Assembly: GCA_965662465.1 (NCBI GenBank) | Contig: CBFIIO010000011.1 | Coordinates: 23,090-87,089, forward strand | Length of the DNA: 64,000 nucleotides | Origin: Planctomycetota bacterium | GTDB taxonomy: Bacteria > Planctomycetota > UBA1135 > UBA2386 | Direction: 5' to 3' | Shown here: piece by piece, positions 47,755 to 58,162 of the stretch | Position numbering within the stretch: the stretch's first letter is position 1 | How the letters are laid out: every line of letters starts with the position of its first letter | Position numbers and translations under genes: made by a program | The notes under the pieces: generated by a model | Seen by the model: only the letters and a program-made list of their open reading frames with translations | Told to the model about the DNA's origin: nothing | The model's database searches: none

Positions 47755-48954
47755 TTGACGACGCCGGAATCCAACAGTCCCGATTCGATCCAAACTGTCA
47801 CCTCACGCGAGAGCATGGCGGTGCTGGCCCTCACGATGTCGGCATTTGTCCTCAATTTGAACTCGAACGTGATGGGGGCTTTGCTGCCGTTCATTAAGGA
47901 CGACTTCTCATTTCATGACGACGGCGCCGCGTGGTTGCTAGCCGCTGCTGGCATTGGCTCAGCCGCGGGGGCCTTCTTTGTTGCGGATGTTGCGCGCTTC
48001 TTTGGTCGTCGCGCCGTGCTGATAGCTAGCCTGTCATTGTTTGTAGTCGCAAGTCTGCTGCACCCGGCTGTCTCGGACTTCTGGTTCTTGCTCTTAATGC
48101 GCTCCCTGTCTGGCTTTGCGACAGGCATGGCGTATGCCACTGCATCGGCAGTTGCCGCTGATATCGCGCCATATGAGCGCCGTGGCGCGGTCATGGGACG
48201 GTTCAACGCTGGCATGTTTTTGGCGATCCCGCTGGGCTTGCCTTTGGCGGTCTGGTTGGCCTCTATGGGCTATTGGTCGGTCACCTTTTTGGCCCAGGCA
48301 GCCGTCGGTCTGATTGCGATCGTGATGTCCTTTCGCTGTGTGCCATACATGCCTCCTAGAGCATCGGGCCGGCGCTGGCCGCTGCTAAAAAACGGCGGGG
48401 TCGTTGCTGTGCTGATTTCGACCATGCTGCACGTTGGCTCGTTTTTCACGGTCGTCCAGATGGCGACCACCTGGCTGGATGATTCGCGACTTGTGCTGAA
48501 AGAGGACCAAGTTTGGGTCTGGGTAGGTCTTGGGGCGCTTTCGGTTGTAGGCAGTGCCCTGTTTGGCCGTGTCTCTGACCGGGTCGGCAAGCGTTCGTTT
48601 GTCTTGGCGACCTCGGCAATTCTGGTCATTTGCTTCTTCGTGATGTCGCGCGGTCCTGAGCCGATTGTCTTGCTGATTGTCGGCTGCATCTTGGCTTTGT
48701 CCGCTGCGGCACGGACTGGCCCTTTGCAAGCATTGGTGTCCGGCTTAGTGCCACCTGAAGAGCTTGGTGTACTGATGGGATTGCGCGGTTTCTGTATGCA
48801 AATTGGCGTGTTCTTGTTCGCCATGGTTGCTGCGCAATTGACCGACAGGCTGGGCTTCGAAGGAGTTTTGATGTTGGCGGCAGGTTGCCAGCTGCTCTCT
48901 TACTTAGCGATTCGTTTTGGGGTGCAGGAGCCAGCTCCACAGTCCAGACCGTAG
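47755..48954 (+). CDS. MFS transporter; start uncertain
   Basis: About 12 TM segments; FGRR and GRVSDRVGKR motifs. Confidence 0.9.
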   Translation: MTTPESNSPDSIQTVTSRESMAVLALTMSAFVLNLNSNVMGALLPFIKDDFSFHDDGAAWLLAAAGIGSAAGAFFVADVARFFGRRAVLIASLSLFVVASLLHPAVSDFWFLLLMRSLSGFATGMAYATASAVAADIAPYERRGAVMGRFNAGMFLAIPLGLPLAVWLASMGYWSVTFLAQAAVGLIAIVMSFRCVPYMPPRASGRRWPLLKNGGVVAVLISTMLHVGSFFTVVQMATTWLDDSRLVLKEDQVWVWVGLGALSVVGSALFGRVSDRVGKRSFVLATSAILVICFFVMSRGPEPIVLLIVGCILALSAAARTGPLQALVSGLVPPEELGVLMGLRGFCMQIGVFLFAMVAAQLTDRLGFEGVLMLAAGCQLLSYLAIRFGVQEPAPQSRP

Positions 48955-49064
48955 GCCCCAAATCAGCGCATAGGATGCTATTTGCGCCTACTGTTGGGTA
49001 AGTAGCGAGTCATCCGTCACCAATCTGCGCGTAATATCTGCTTGGCGCTGGCTGACGTTGCTAT

Positions 49065-49904
49065 CTAGCGCTGGCAGCCAGGGCACCAGTAGGTGCTACG
49101 ACCCTGTTGGGTTGCGTGTTTGATCGGGGCTTTGCAGCGCAGGCAGGGTTGGTTGTGGCGTTCGTAGACTTTCAGTTGGCGGGCAAAGTAGCCAGCGTCT
49201 TCGGATACGCCAACATAGTCTCGAATGGTGGTGCCCCCAGCTTTGATCGCTGCCGTCAGCACGTTGCGGATCGCTTCACAGAGAGCGGTTGCTTCGGCTT
49301 TGGAAAGAGATTTAGCGGCTCGTCGCGGGCGGATCCGGGCCTGCCAGCAGGATTCACTTGCGTAAATGTTGCCGACTCCCACTAGCAGATTGCCATTCAT
49401 GATCAGCTGTTTGATCGCAACTTTACGATTGCGAGTGATTCGATGCAGAAAGGCCCCATCGAAGCCCGGTAGTAGTGGTTCTTGACCGAGGTTCTTGATG
49501 CGAATGTGGTCTTTCAGGGACGCTAGTTCCGCGACATCGAGGGCGCCAAAGCGGCGGGGGTCGATAAAGCGAACCAGGCGATCTCCGAAGTCCATCCGCC
49601 AATGTTCGTGCTTACGGTAGTCGGGTCGGGCGGCCCGAGGCTTGATTGGGTCGATTAGCAGCTGGCCGGTCATCCCGAGGTGGATGAGCGCGATCGGAGC
49701 TTTTGGACCATCGAAATGCACCAGCAGATACTTTGAACGGCGGGCTACGCTGGTGCAGATGCGCCCCACAAGCCCTTGTAGGGGGGCTTTTGGCATTGGC
49801 CAGCGAAGATCGTCTCGCTGCAATTCGAGCGAGTTCAGGCGTCGACCAACAAGGTGGGGCTCGGCACCGATGCGAACAGTCTCAACTTCTGGTAACTCTG
49901 GCAC
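49065..49904 (-). CDS. mutM: Formamidopyrimidine-DNA glycosylase
   Basis: PELPEVE, HLGMTG, DPRRFG, GVGNIYASE, C-terminal zinc finger. Confidence 0.97.
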   Translation of the reverse strand: MPELPEVETVRIGAEPHLVGRRLNSLELQRDDLRWPMPKAPLQGLVGRICTSVARRSKYLLVHFDGPKAPIALIHLGMTGQLLIDPIKPRAARPDYRKHEHWRMDFGDRLVRFIDPRRFGALDVAELASLKDHIRIKNLGQEPLLPGFDGAFLHRITRNRKVAIKQLIMNGNLLVGVGNIYASESCWQARIRPRRAAKSLSKAEATALCEAIRNVLTAAIKAGGTTIRDYVGVSEDAGYFARQLKVYERHNQPCLRCKAPIKHATQQGRSTYWCPGCQR

Positions 49905-49979
49905 AGACGTTCATCCTCGCACCCCGCGCTCAGAATCTCTAACATCCTTCCGCTTGAGCGCTGCAACTGCGGCCGAACT

Positions 49980-50432
49980 GTGAACACCGTTATGGAATCT
50001 GATCCGCCCATTGAAGCACTGCACCACATTGGGGTGGCTGTGCAATCCCTCGAAGAGGCCCTTCCTAAGTGGACGAATGGCTTTGGCTTAACATTGCAAT
50101 CTGTCGACGAGGTGCCGACCGAGAAGGTCAAGGTTGCCGTGCTTATGGCGGGCACCACGCGGATCGAGCTGCTCGAGCCAACCAGCGAAGACTCGCCAAT
50201 CGCCAAGTTTTTGGCGAAGCGGGGGCCAGGTGTTCATCACTTGGCCTTCCAGGTCGGTGATTGTTTGAAGAAGATTGAGGCGATGGCGGCAGCTGGTGCT
50301 CCGATGCTCAATACCAAGCCGAACCCGGGCGCACACGATTGCCAAGTTGCATTCGTTCACCCCAAACATCTCGGTGGGGTTCTTGCCGAACTCGTCCAAG
50401 ACCCTCACGCGGAGGACGCTAAGAATGACTGA
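49980..50432 (+). CDS. mce: Methylmalonyl-CoA epimerase
   Basis: [41 protein letters not shown]; overlaps the pccB start. Confidence 0.92.
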   Translation: MNTVMESDPPIEALHHIGVAVQSLEEALPKWTNGFGLTLQSVDEVPTEKVKVAVLMAGTTRIELLEPTSEDSPIAKFLAKRGPGVHHLAFQVGDCLKKIEAMAAAGAPMLNTKPNPGAHDCQVAFVHPKHLGGVLAELVQDPHAEDAKND

Positions 50433-51975
50433 TCATAAGAAGAAGTTGGAAGATCTGCGTGAACGCTCATTGCAAGGTGGTGGTGAGAAGCGGATCGCGT
50501 CGCAGCACGAGCGCGGCAAACTGACGGCACGCGAGCGAATCGATCTGCTTGTCGATCCAGGTACGTTTGTCGAAATGGACCGGTTCGTGACGCATCGCTG
50601 TCGCGACTTCGGCATGGACTCGGACAATAATACGATCCTTGGCGATGGGGTTGTGACTGGCAACGCTCGTATTGACGGGCGGCCGGTCTACTTGTTTGCC
50701 CAAGACTTCACCGTCTTTGGTGGCAGCCTTTCTGAAACGCATGCGCAAAAGATCGTCAAGGTCATGGATGCGGCGATGAAGATGGGCGTGCCCATGATCG
50801 GCTTGTGCGATTCTGGCGGAGCGCGTATCCAAGAAGGAGTGGTGTCGCTCGGTGGCTATGCCGACATCTTCTTGCGCAATACGCTGGCGAGCGGCGTGAT
50901 TCCGCAGATAAGTGCGATCATGGGCCCCTGCGCCGGCGGTGCAGTATATTCACCGTCCATTACCGACTTCATCATGATGGTCGAAGGAACGAGCTTCATG
51001 CACATTACCGGACCTGACGTAGTCAAGACGGTGACGCATGAGGACACTACCAGTGAAGAGCTGGGCGGTGCACGCGTGCATAGCGAGGTGTCGGGCGTAG
51101 CGCACTTCACTGCCGCAGATGATGCCGCTTGCTTGATGCAACTGCGTCAGTTGTTGTCCTACTTGCCACTCAATAACGGCGAAGACGCGCCATACAAGGC
51201 AACTGACGACGACCCCAATCGTATGGATGAAGAGCTCGAGACCATCGTGCCTGACTCCAGCGATAAGCCTTATGACATGAAGGCCGTCGTGAAGCGGGTG
51301 GTCGATGACGGAGATTTCTTTGAAGTGCACTCGCGCTACGCGAAGAACATCCTTTGCGGATTCTCGCGGCTCGGCGGACGGGTGGTCGGCATCATCGGCA
51401 ACCAGCCGGCGCATCTTGCTGGCGTGTTAGACATCAAGGCAAGCATCAAGGGAGCGCGGTTCGTCCGGTTCTGCGATGCGTTCAACATCCCACTGGTTTG
51501 CTTTGAGGATGTGCCCGGGTTCTTGCCCGGTACAGAGCAAGAATGGGGTGGAATCATCACCCATGGCGCCAAGCTGCTCTATGCCTTCTGTGAGGCGACT
51601 GTGCCGCGTATGACCGTAATCACGCGTAAGGCCTACGGCGGTGCTTACACAGTCATGAACAACCGTCACATCCGTGCGGACTTTATGGTTGCTTGGCCGC
51701 AGGCTGAGATTGCCGTGATGGGAGCCGAGGGAGCCGCAAAGATTGTCTTCCGCGGTGATATTAAGAACGCTGACGATCCAGCAGCGGAAGAGAAGCGTTT
51801 GGTTGAGGACTACAAAGAGAAGTTTGCAAACCCCTATCAGGCTGCTGCTAGAGGCTTTGTTGACGACGTCATTGACCCTCGCCGAACCCGGCCGGCGTTG
51901 ATCCAAGCGTTGGAGATGCTGCGCAGTAAGCGCGACAGCAATCCACCGAAGAAGCACGGTAATATTCCGTTGTAG
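50425..51975 (+). CDS. pccB: Propionyl/acyl-CoA carboxylase carboxyltransferase (beta) subunit
   Basis: [53 protein letters not shown]. Confidence 0.93.
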   Translation: MTDHKKKLEDLRERSLQGGGEKRIASQHERGKLTARERIDLLVDPGTFVEMDRFVTHRCRDFGMDSDNNTILGDGVVTGNARIDGRPVYLFAQDFTVFGGSLSETHAQKIVKVMDAAMKMGVPMIGLCDSGGARIQEGVVSLGGYADIFLRNTLASGVIPQISAIMGPCAGGAVYSPSITDFIMMVEGTSFMHITGPDVVKTVTHEDTTSEELGGARVHSEVSGVAHFTAADDAACLMQLRQLLSYLPLNNGEDAPYKATDDDPNRMDEELETIVPDSSDKPYDMKAVVKRVVDDGDFFEVHSRYAKNILCGFSRLGGRVVGIIGNQPAHLAGVLDIKASIKGARFVRFCDAFNIPLVCFEDVPGFLPGTEQEWGGIITHGAKLLYAFCEATVPRMTVITRKAYGGAYTVMNNRHIRADFMVAWPQAEIAVMGAEGAAKIVFRGDIKNADDPAAEEKRLVEDYKEKFANPYQAAARGFVDDVIDPRRTRPALIQALEMLRSKRDSNPPKKHGNIPL

Positions 51976-52171
51976 CCAATCGCAGTGGGCGGGGGCGTCC
52001 TAGGCGGCACTGGGCAGATGGAAATCGTGCTGCGTCAGCGCGAAGCCTGGAGCCTCTTGTAATGAGCTGTCCGGTGTCTACGCAGCTGTCGCACCAAGGC
52101 TTGTCGCTGGCTGATTTACTGATCGTCTCAGTCGGCCCCTTGACCGATCTAGGGAGCGAAGGTGCGGTTTC

Positions 52172-53242
52172 CTACAGGTCGATCGTGCGCCCCTCTCGGG
52201 CAGATTGATCTGCAGCCAGCACGATACGAAGACTTGAGACTGCGTCCGTCAGATGGTCCGTCAGATCGAGATCATTCTTGATCGCTTTCAAAAGGTACTC
52301 CTGCTCACGCAGGCATAGTCCATCGTGGTCTGGCTCGTCAGTTGTATCGATCCATTCGTCTTTACGGGTGAACTCGTCATCTGCGTCGCGATCTTGGTAG
52401 TGGACGCGCAGAGAGTTGGTCGCGGTGTGCGAATCAACATCGGAACTATCGCTTGCGCGCTCTCCTTGGCGGTCCACGATGGAGACGCAACCTTTTGGAC
52501 CAATGACGTCTTTGATGAAGTAAGCGACCTCACTCATCATTGGGCCCCAGCCTGCTTCGTACCAGCCAACGGAGCCATCCTCGAAGGTCACCTGCAGCTG
52601 GCCGTAATTGAACATGCCTGGTTTAAGTTCATCAGATAAGCGGGCCTGAACAGCGCTGACTTTGGTTGGTCGACTACGGGTCATTTGGCACATGACGTCA
52701 ACATAGTGGACGCCACAGTCGACAATTGGCGACATAGAGTTCATCAGTGCTTTATGGGTCAGCCAGTCCTTGCCACGACTTTGCTGGTTGAGGTTCATGC
52801 GCATCACGAGCGGCTTGCCAAGAGTCTGGGCAACTTCGATGAACTTCTTCCAGGCCGGGTGCACTCGCAGGATGTAGCCAACGACGACTTTTCGGTTGTG
52901 GGCTTTCGCGAGGTCTGCGATTTCCTGGGCTTCGGCGACGGTCTCCGCTAGCGGCTTCTCGATGAATATGTGGCTGCCGCCTTCTATCGCAGTGCGTGCA
53001 ATTTTTGCATGGGTGTCTGGATAGGTGTTAATGGAGACAACGTCTGGCTTTGTCTCCCGATATGCGGTCTCGAAGTCGGCAAATGTGGGCACTCCGTCCA
53101 ATTCTTGTGACAGCTTCTCACGTGAGGCTGGACCACGTGCGACGAGTCCAACGACCTGGAAGTCGTTGAGTTGGTGGTATGCGCGGGCATGGGACGAACC
53201 CATGTTGCCGCAGCCGACGACGAGAACGCTCAGTGCTGCCAT
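52172..53242 (-). CDS. Gfo/Idh/MocA family oxidoreductase
   Basis: VGCGNMG, EKPLA, DCGVHYVD. Confidence 0.9.
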   Translation of the reverse strand: MAALSVLVVGCGNMGSSHARAYHQLNDFQVVGLVARGPASREKLSQELDGVPTFADFETAYRETKPDVVSINTYPDTHAKIARTAIEGGSHIFIEKPLAETVAEAQEIADLAKAHNRKVVVGYILRVHPAWKKFIEVAQTLGKPLVMRMNLNQQSRGKDWLTHKALMNSMSPIVDCGVHYVDVMCQMTRSRPTKVSAVQARLSDELKPGMFNYGQLQVTFEDGSVGWYEAGWGPMMSEVAYFIKDVIGPKGCVSIVDRQGERASDSSDVDSHTATNSLRVHYQDRDADDEFTRKDEWIDTTDEPDHDGLCLREQEYLLKAIKNDLDLTDHLTDAVSSLRIVLAADQSAREGRTIDL

Positions 53243-53425
53243 ATACCGTTCATACCGCGGAAGCACCGCACAACCCAGCTTCGCTGGGTGATGCTGTCAG
53301 TCATCTTTTTGGCCTGATTCACAGCTCGTCAGGAGGAATCTGTCGTGCTCTGCGCAGAACGTCTGTTTCCAGCCGGTCTATAGGTGGTTACCGTATGACT
53401 GTTCCGTCATTCCATTTGACTGCCA

Positions 53426-54916
53426 ATGCCACTGTTCCGCCGTATTCTGATCGCCAATCGAGGCGAGATCGCACTCCGTGTGATTCGTACCGCCCAGGAG
53501 ATGGGGATTGGTACGGTTGCTGTCTATTCCGATGCCGACCGCACGGCGCTCCACGTTAGAAAAGCATCGCACGCTGAATATATTGGCAGTAGCGCCCCTT
53601 CCGAGAGCTACCTAGATGCAGAGCGAGTGCTTGAAGTAGCAAAGAGGACTGGGTGCGATGCTCTGCATCCTGGCTATGGGTTTCTGAGCGAAAACGCAGC
53701 TTTCTCTGAAGCGTGCGAAGCTGCTGGTATCACGTTTCTTGGTCCGGGGCCGGAGGCGATCCGATCGATGGGTGACAAGGTTGCTGCGCGCAACATTGCC
53801 CTCAAGGCTGGCGTTCCGCTGGTGCCGGGGCTGCAAGAGGACATCGATGAGGAAGGTCTCGTAGCAGGTGCGAAGAAACTCGGCTATCCCGTCATGCTGA
53901 AGGCAGCGAGCGGTGGTGGTGGCAAAGGCATCCGAATCGTCCACGAAGAAAGCGGTTTGGTGGAAGCCTTCAAGATGGCTCGCGCTGAAGCAAAGGGAGC
54001 GTTTGGTGATGATCGTGTGTATCTCGAGAAGTTCGTGGTGCAGCCGCGTCACGTTGAGATCCAAATCATGGCTGACAAGCACGGCAACGTCGTGCACTAC
54101 GGCGAACGTGAATGTTCCGTCCAGCGGCGTCATCAAAAGCTGATTGAAGAGACTCCGTGCAGTGTCCTCACAGAGGAGCTGCGTCAAAAGATGGGTGAGT
54201 CAGCCTGCAGCCTTGCGCGCGAAGTGGGCTACGTCGGTGCTGGCACGGTCGAGTTCCTTTACTCGCAGGGAGAGTTCTACTTCTTGGAGATGAATACGCG
54301 CTTGCAGGTCGAGCACCCGATCACAGAAGAGTGCTATGGCGTCGATTTGGTGCGCGAGATGATTTGTGTTGGTGCTGGCCACAAGGTTTCACAGCCGCGG
54401 ACACCGCGCGGTCATGCAATCGAGGTGCGTATTAATGCTGAGGATCCGGACACCTTTTTCCCTTCGCTAGGTCGCATTGAGCGGCTTGGTTTGCCGGGCG
54501 GTCCTGGTGTTCGCCTGGATGCTGCGATGTATCGCGGTCTCGATGTCACTCCCCATTATGACAGTATGCTTGGCAAGCTGATCGTGCATGCTGCAGATCG
54601 TGCTCAAGCCATTGCTTGTTGCGAGCGTGCTCTGCGTGAGTTGCGCATTGTTGGAGTGCTGACGTCGTTGCCGGTAGCGATGCGAACATTGCAGAGCAAA
54701 GAGTTCCAGGATGGGGACTACGACACTGGCATTTTGGAGCGCATCGATACGAGTAGCCAAGAGCATCGTGAGGTTGCAATCTTGGCGGGTGCTGCGGCAC
54801 GGTTCCTGGCAGCTGAAAAGGTTGGGGTTGCGTCAGCTTCTGTTGCTGGCTCGAAAGACGAAGCTTCCGCTTGGGCGACGCTTGGACGGCAAGACCGTCT
54901 GTGGAGGAAACGATGA
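53426..54916 (+). CDS. Biotin carboxylase subunit of acyl-CoA carboxylase
   Basis: ANRGEIA, HPGYGFLSEN, GGGGKG, ERECSVQRRHQK, EMNTRLQVEH, RINAED. Confidence 0.95.
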   Translation: MPLFRRILIANRGEIALRVIRTAQEMGIGTVAVYSDADRTALHVRKASHAEYIGSSAPSESYLDAERVLEVAKRTGCDALHPGYGFLSENAAFSEACEAAGITFLGPGPEAIRSMGDKVAARNIALKAGVPLVPGLQEDIDEEGLVAGAKKLGYPVMLKAASGGGGKGIRIVHEESGLVEAFKMARAEAKGAFGDDRVYLEKFVVQPRHVEIQIMADKHGNVVHYGERECSVQRRHQKLIEETPCSVLTEELRQKMGESACSLAREVGYVGAGTVEFLYSQGEFYFLEMNTRLQVEHPITEECYGVDLVREMICVGAGHKVSQPRTPRGHAIEVRINAEDPDTFFPSLGRIERLGLPGGPGVRLDAAMYRGLDVTPHYDSMLGKLIVHAADRAQAIACCERALRELRIVGVLTSLPVAMRTLQSKEFQDGDYDTGILERIDTSSQEHREVAILAGAAARFLAAEKVGVASASVAGSKDEASAWATLGRQDRLWRKR

Positions 54917-55413
54917 GATATCTGGCGCGTATGGGCGACGAAGAGCGCGAGTTTACCTTCGAACGTCATGACGACATCCTGGTTGCTCGTAGTGGCGATC
55001 GCGTCATCGAGATCTGCATTGCACAGGTTGGCGAAGGCGAAGCGCTGTCACTAATCGTTGATGGTCAGAGTTTCGATATCGTGGCTGAGGTGCGCGGTCG
55101 AGATGTTGCGGTACAGGTGGATGGCGAACGCTATGCCATGACTGTGGAAGATGAGCGTGAACGTGCCGCAGCGCGAGTTGCTGGCAACAAGCCTAGCGGC
55201 AAGCGTGAGCTGCGGGCGTCGATGCCGGGCATCGTTGTCGAGGTGCAGGTAGCCGTCGGCGATCAGGTCGAAGAAGGCCAGACGATGATTGTTCTCGAGG
55301 CCATGAAGATGCAAAACCCACTCGGGGCTGATTCACCTGGAACGGTGACACGCTTGCTTGTTAGCGCTGGTGAGACGGTCGCTGCGGGCGCATTACTCGC
55401 CGAGATTGAGTAG
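54913..55413 (+). CDS. Biotin carboxyl carrier protein
   Basis: SMPG, LEAMKMQN biotinylation motif; ATGA overlap with the upstream gene. Confidence 0.93.
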   Translation: MRYLARMGDEEREFTFERHDDILVARSGDRVIEICIAQVGEGEALSLIVDGQSFDIVAEVRGRDVAVQVDGERYAMTVEDERERAAARVAGNKPSGKRELRASMPGIVVEVQVAVGDQVEEGQTMIVLEAMKMQNPLGADSPGTVTRLLVSAGETVAAGALLAEIE

Positions 55414-55478
55414 TTCCTAGTTGGAGTTGGGCGTGTTTTGCCGGACCTTCAATAGGTTGGCATGTCCGTTTGGCCCAT

Positions 55479-56561
55479 CTATTCGTGGCTGACGCTGATA
55501 GTCAGCGTCATCGTATGGCTCGTGTTTGGAGCGAGCTTTACGCAATGCTCGCCGACGTTGGCCGATTCGATACAGACAAACGAACGCCAGTCATCGGCCA
55601 GCATTTGTGATAGGCGAGCTGTCTTGTTTGGCCAAGGATTCCAGACAACCGTGGATCGAGAATTATCAGTACACAGTTTCACTGTGTGACCCATCGTCGC
55701 AGCATGCAGCGATAACTCATTAGGGACATACTGAAAGACTCTGTCCGTTTCTGCGCGAAAGCGGATCGGTTGTGATGGGTCCCATGTAGCTTCAGGTTCA
55801 CGTGCGTGCTCGACGAACGGCACGTTTTGGAGACCATGGACAGATGCCTCGTGAATGTTGCCAGACGCAAAGTATGTGTGTAGCGCCTGCTCGAACGACA
55901 TCTCTTGATCACCTGTGTTGGTGACCGTCATGGTCACCTTTAGGACCTCATCCAATGTGATCTGTAAGTCACACCGAAAGGCAAAGTCCCATAGAGATCG
56001 CGTCGACTTTGAGTCGCTGCACGTCAAGGTTACGCTGGCGGTATCCATAGCGGTGCAGTCCCACTCGAGGCTGCGGACAAATCCATGCGCTGGCATTGCT
56101 GGATCTGTCTTGTGGTCGCCAAACCATGGAAAGACCACTGGGATACCACCGCGGACTGGTTTTCCCGCCTGGTATTCAGGTGCGCTAGCAGTCCATAGGA
56201 TATCGCCACGGCTGTTCTCAAATGACAGTATCTGAGCGCCTGTCTTTGAAATCGTTACCGATTGTTCGTTGGCTTCGAGGCGATAGGCCGCGCGGTTGCC
56301 GGGGTCGCAGACTTCCTTCACACCATTGGCTGATTTGGGCATGGCTTCACTGAAGCACTGTGCACAGATGCATGCACGACCTCGCGCAGCCTCTGGAATC
56401 CGGGCAACTGCCGATTGTGAGATTTTCGCATCCATGCACCAGCAGGATGCGCAATCTGTTTCGCTTGCTGTAGTGCCAACGGCAGCCGCGGCGCATTGGT
56501 TGTCTTTGCCGCAGATCGGGCAGCGATCTGCTGGGAAGGATTTCGCGTTGGCCTTCGTCAT
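55479..56561 (-). CDS. D-hexose-6-phosphate mutarotase (YeaD-like) with N-terminal Cys-rich CWC domain
   Basis: CPICGKDNQC..CWC..ACICAQC, then GAQILS, RGGIPVVFPWFG, HGFVR, ALHTYF, VVWNPW, FVCIE. Confidence 0.88.
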   Translation of the reverse strand: MTKANAKSFPADRCPICGKDNQCAAAAVGTTASETDCASCWCMDAKISQSAVARIPEAARGRACICAQCFSEAMPKSANGVKEVCDPGNRAAYRLEANEQSVTISKTGAQILSFENSRGDILWTASAPEYQAGKPVRGGIPVVFPWFGDHKTDPAMPAHGFVRSLEWDCTAMDTASVTLTCSDSKSTRSLWDFAFRCDLQITLDEVLKVTMTVTNTGDQEMSFEQALHTYFASGNIHEASVHGLQNVPFVEHAREPEATWDPSQPIRFRAETDRVFQYVPNELSLHAATMGHTVKLCTDNSRSTVVWNPWPNKTARLSQMLADDWRSFVCIESANVGEHCVKLAPNTSHTMTLTISVSHE

Positions 56562-56589
56562 GCCAAGACCATAGCCGTTTCGTGATTTG

Positions 56590-58056
56590 CTAGCCCTTCA
56601 TCTGCTTGAGCTTCGCAATAGATCCTAAGACGTTCTTGCCAGAACTCTTCCGGGGTCCAGTTGAGTAACCGTTTTCGTCCGTTTTGCTGGCTAGGAAAGA
56701 ACCCGATGTGCCATGAGTGAGCTTGCCTTGCTGGTCTTCGGGCTTCTTGATGGTTGAACGATCGGTTGGCTGTGAATCAAAGTTGGATTCAGGCGTAGCT
56801 CGTGAGGGATTGACTGATTCTCTTGGTCTGGCTTTCAGGGTGGATTGGATTTGTGACATATCAGCAGTGAGTCCCGTTAGGTCGCGTTGGATTTCACGGA
56901 TTAACTTTTCAAGTTTGCCATGGGTGCTGTCACGCATCTCCGCGATGCCCTTGCTGAACTCGGAGATCGCCTTTTGCAGGCTTTTCTGTAACTCCGTAGT
57001 GTGAGGTGCATCGCGTCGCTGTTGTTGTATTTGCACGCTCAAGTTGTTGATGGCATCTTCGACCCGAATCAAGCTTTTGCCTAATTCTGGATCTTGAGGT
57101 CGCTGGGACATGGTCTCAAGAGCTGCTTGCAGCTTGCCGAATTGTTCTGGCAGTTTGTCGGAGCCGGTTGCGTTGGTGCCGGTTGTGTTGGTGCCGGTGC
57201 CAATGATTTTTTCTAGTCGGCTGATGGCCTCGTTGGTTGATTGGCCGCTGTTTTCAACCAGTGCTTTGATCTGAGCCGAGCTACCAGCGAGTTCGGTGCT
57301 TTGGCTCGCGATTTCCATTAGTGGGTTGCCATACATCTTCATGGCTTTGGTCAGGTTGTTGACCTTTTGGTCCTGACGTTGAAGTGCCAGCATCAATTGC
57401 TGCAGGTCGGGGCTTTCGCCAGTGTCAAACTCGAGGCCACTTTGTCTCCGGGTGATCTGGACCAGTGTGTCCCGCATTTCGTTGTCGGCATTGGTGCTGT
57501 GGAGTTCGTTCTCCAACAGCCGGTGCTGCAGCTTCGATGTGTGACGGTGGCTTGTCGCAAACACAAAAATAGCCAGGCCGATTATGGTGACCGTTTCGGG
57601 TGCAATGAGTCCGTTCAGAAGTTGGGCTGCCTCGGGAACAACTGCTGTGAATAGGCCTGCGATTGTTGCGATCGCACCGACCGCGATCGCGGCACTACTA
57701 AGAAATCCGCGAGGAGAGGCTGCTCGACGTCGTGGTTGTCGTGGCTGACGTACGTCGAGTTGTTCGTGATCTCTAGCTGTATCGAACAGTGATCCGGCTT
57801 CACCGTATTCGGGTTGCTGGTCAGCTTGGTAATCCGTCCGATAGTTTGCTTCGTAATCTTCGTTGTATGGCTCTTGGAAATCGTCTTGGTAAGGCTCTTG
57901 GTAGCCCTGATCCTCTGGCTCGGAGTCTTCGTAGTGCGATTCCGGCTGGTCTATATCCCCGATTTGGTCCGGTGTCATCGGGGATTCGCTGGCATTGGAG
58001 CCAAGGGAGCTGGGTAGCTTCCCGCGGGAATCTCGGCTATCGGTGGATCTGTTCAT
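56590..58056 (-). CDS. Hypothetical membrane protein: acidic low-complexity N-terminus, two TM helices, long coiled coil; start uncertain
   Basis: Composition and heptad-like pattern; the longer ORF start at 58386 overlaps ptsI and is unlikely. Confidence 0.7.
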   Translation of the reverse strand: MNRSTDSRDSRGKLPSSLGSNASESPMTPDQIGDIDQPESHYEDSEPEDQGYQEPYQDDFQEPYNEDYEANYRTDYQADQQPEYGEAGSLFDTARDHEQLDVRQPRQPRRRAASPRGFLSSAAIAVGAIATIAGLFTAVVPEAAQLLNGLIAPETVTIIGLAIFVFATSHRHTSKLQHRLLENELHSTNADNEMRDTLVQITRRQSGLEFDTGESPDLQQLMLALQRQDQKVNNLTKAMKMYGNPLMEIASQSTELAGSSAQIKALVENSGQSTNEAISRLEKIIGTGTNTTGTNATGSDKLPEQFGKLQAALETMSQRPQDPELGKSLIRVEDAINNLSVQIQQQRRDAPHTTELQKSLQKAISEFSKGIAEMRDSTHGKLEKLIREIQRDLTGLTADMSQIQSTLKARPRESVNPSRATPESNFDSQPTDRSTIKKPEDQQGKLTHGTSGSFLASKTDENGYSTGPRKSSGKNVLGSIAKLKQMKG

Positions 58057-58162
58057 GGTCAATATTTCGCGATCTATATGCATTGATCGGCTCGGTAGGC
58101 CACTCGGATGAAGTAGGTCTGTTGCAAAGTGTGCCGCGGTGCCCGAAAACCTCCTGCCACGG

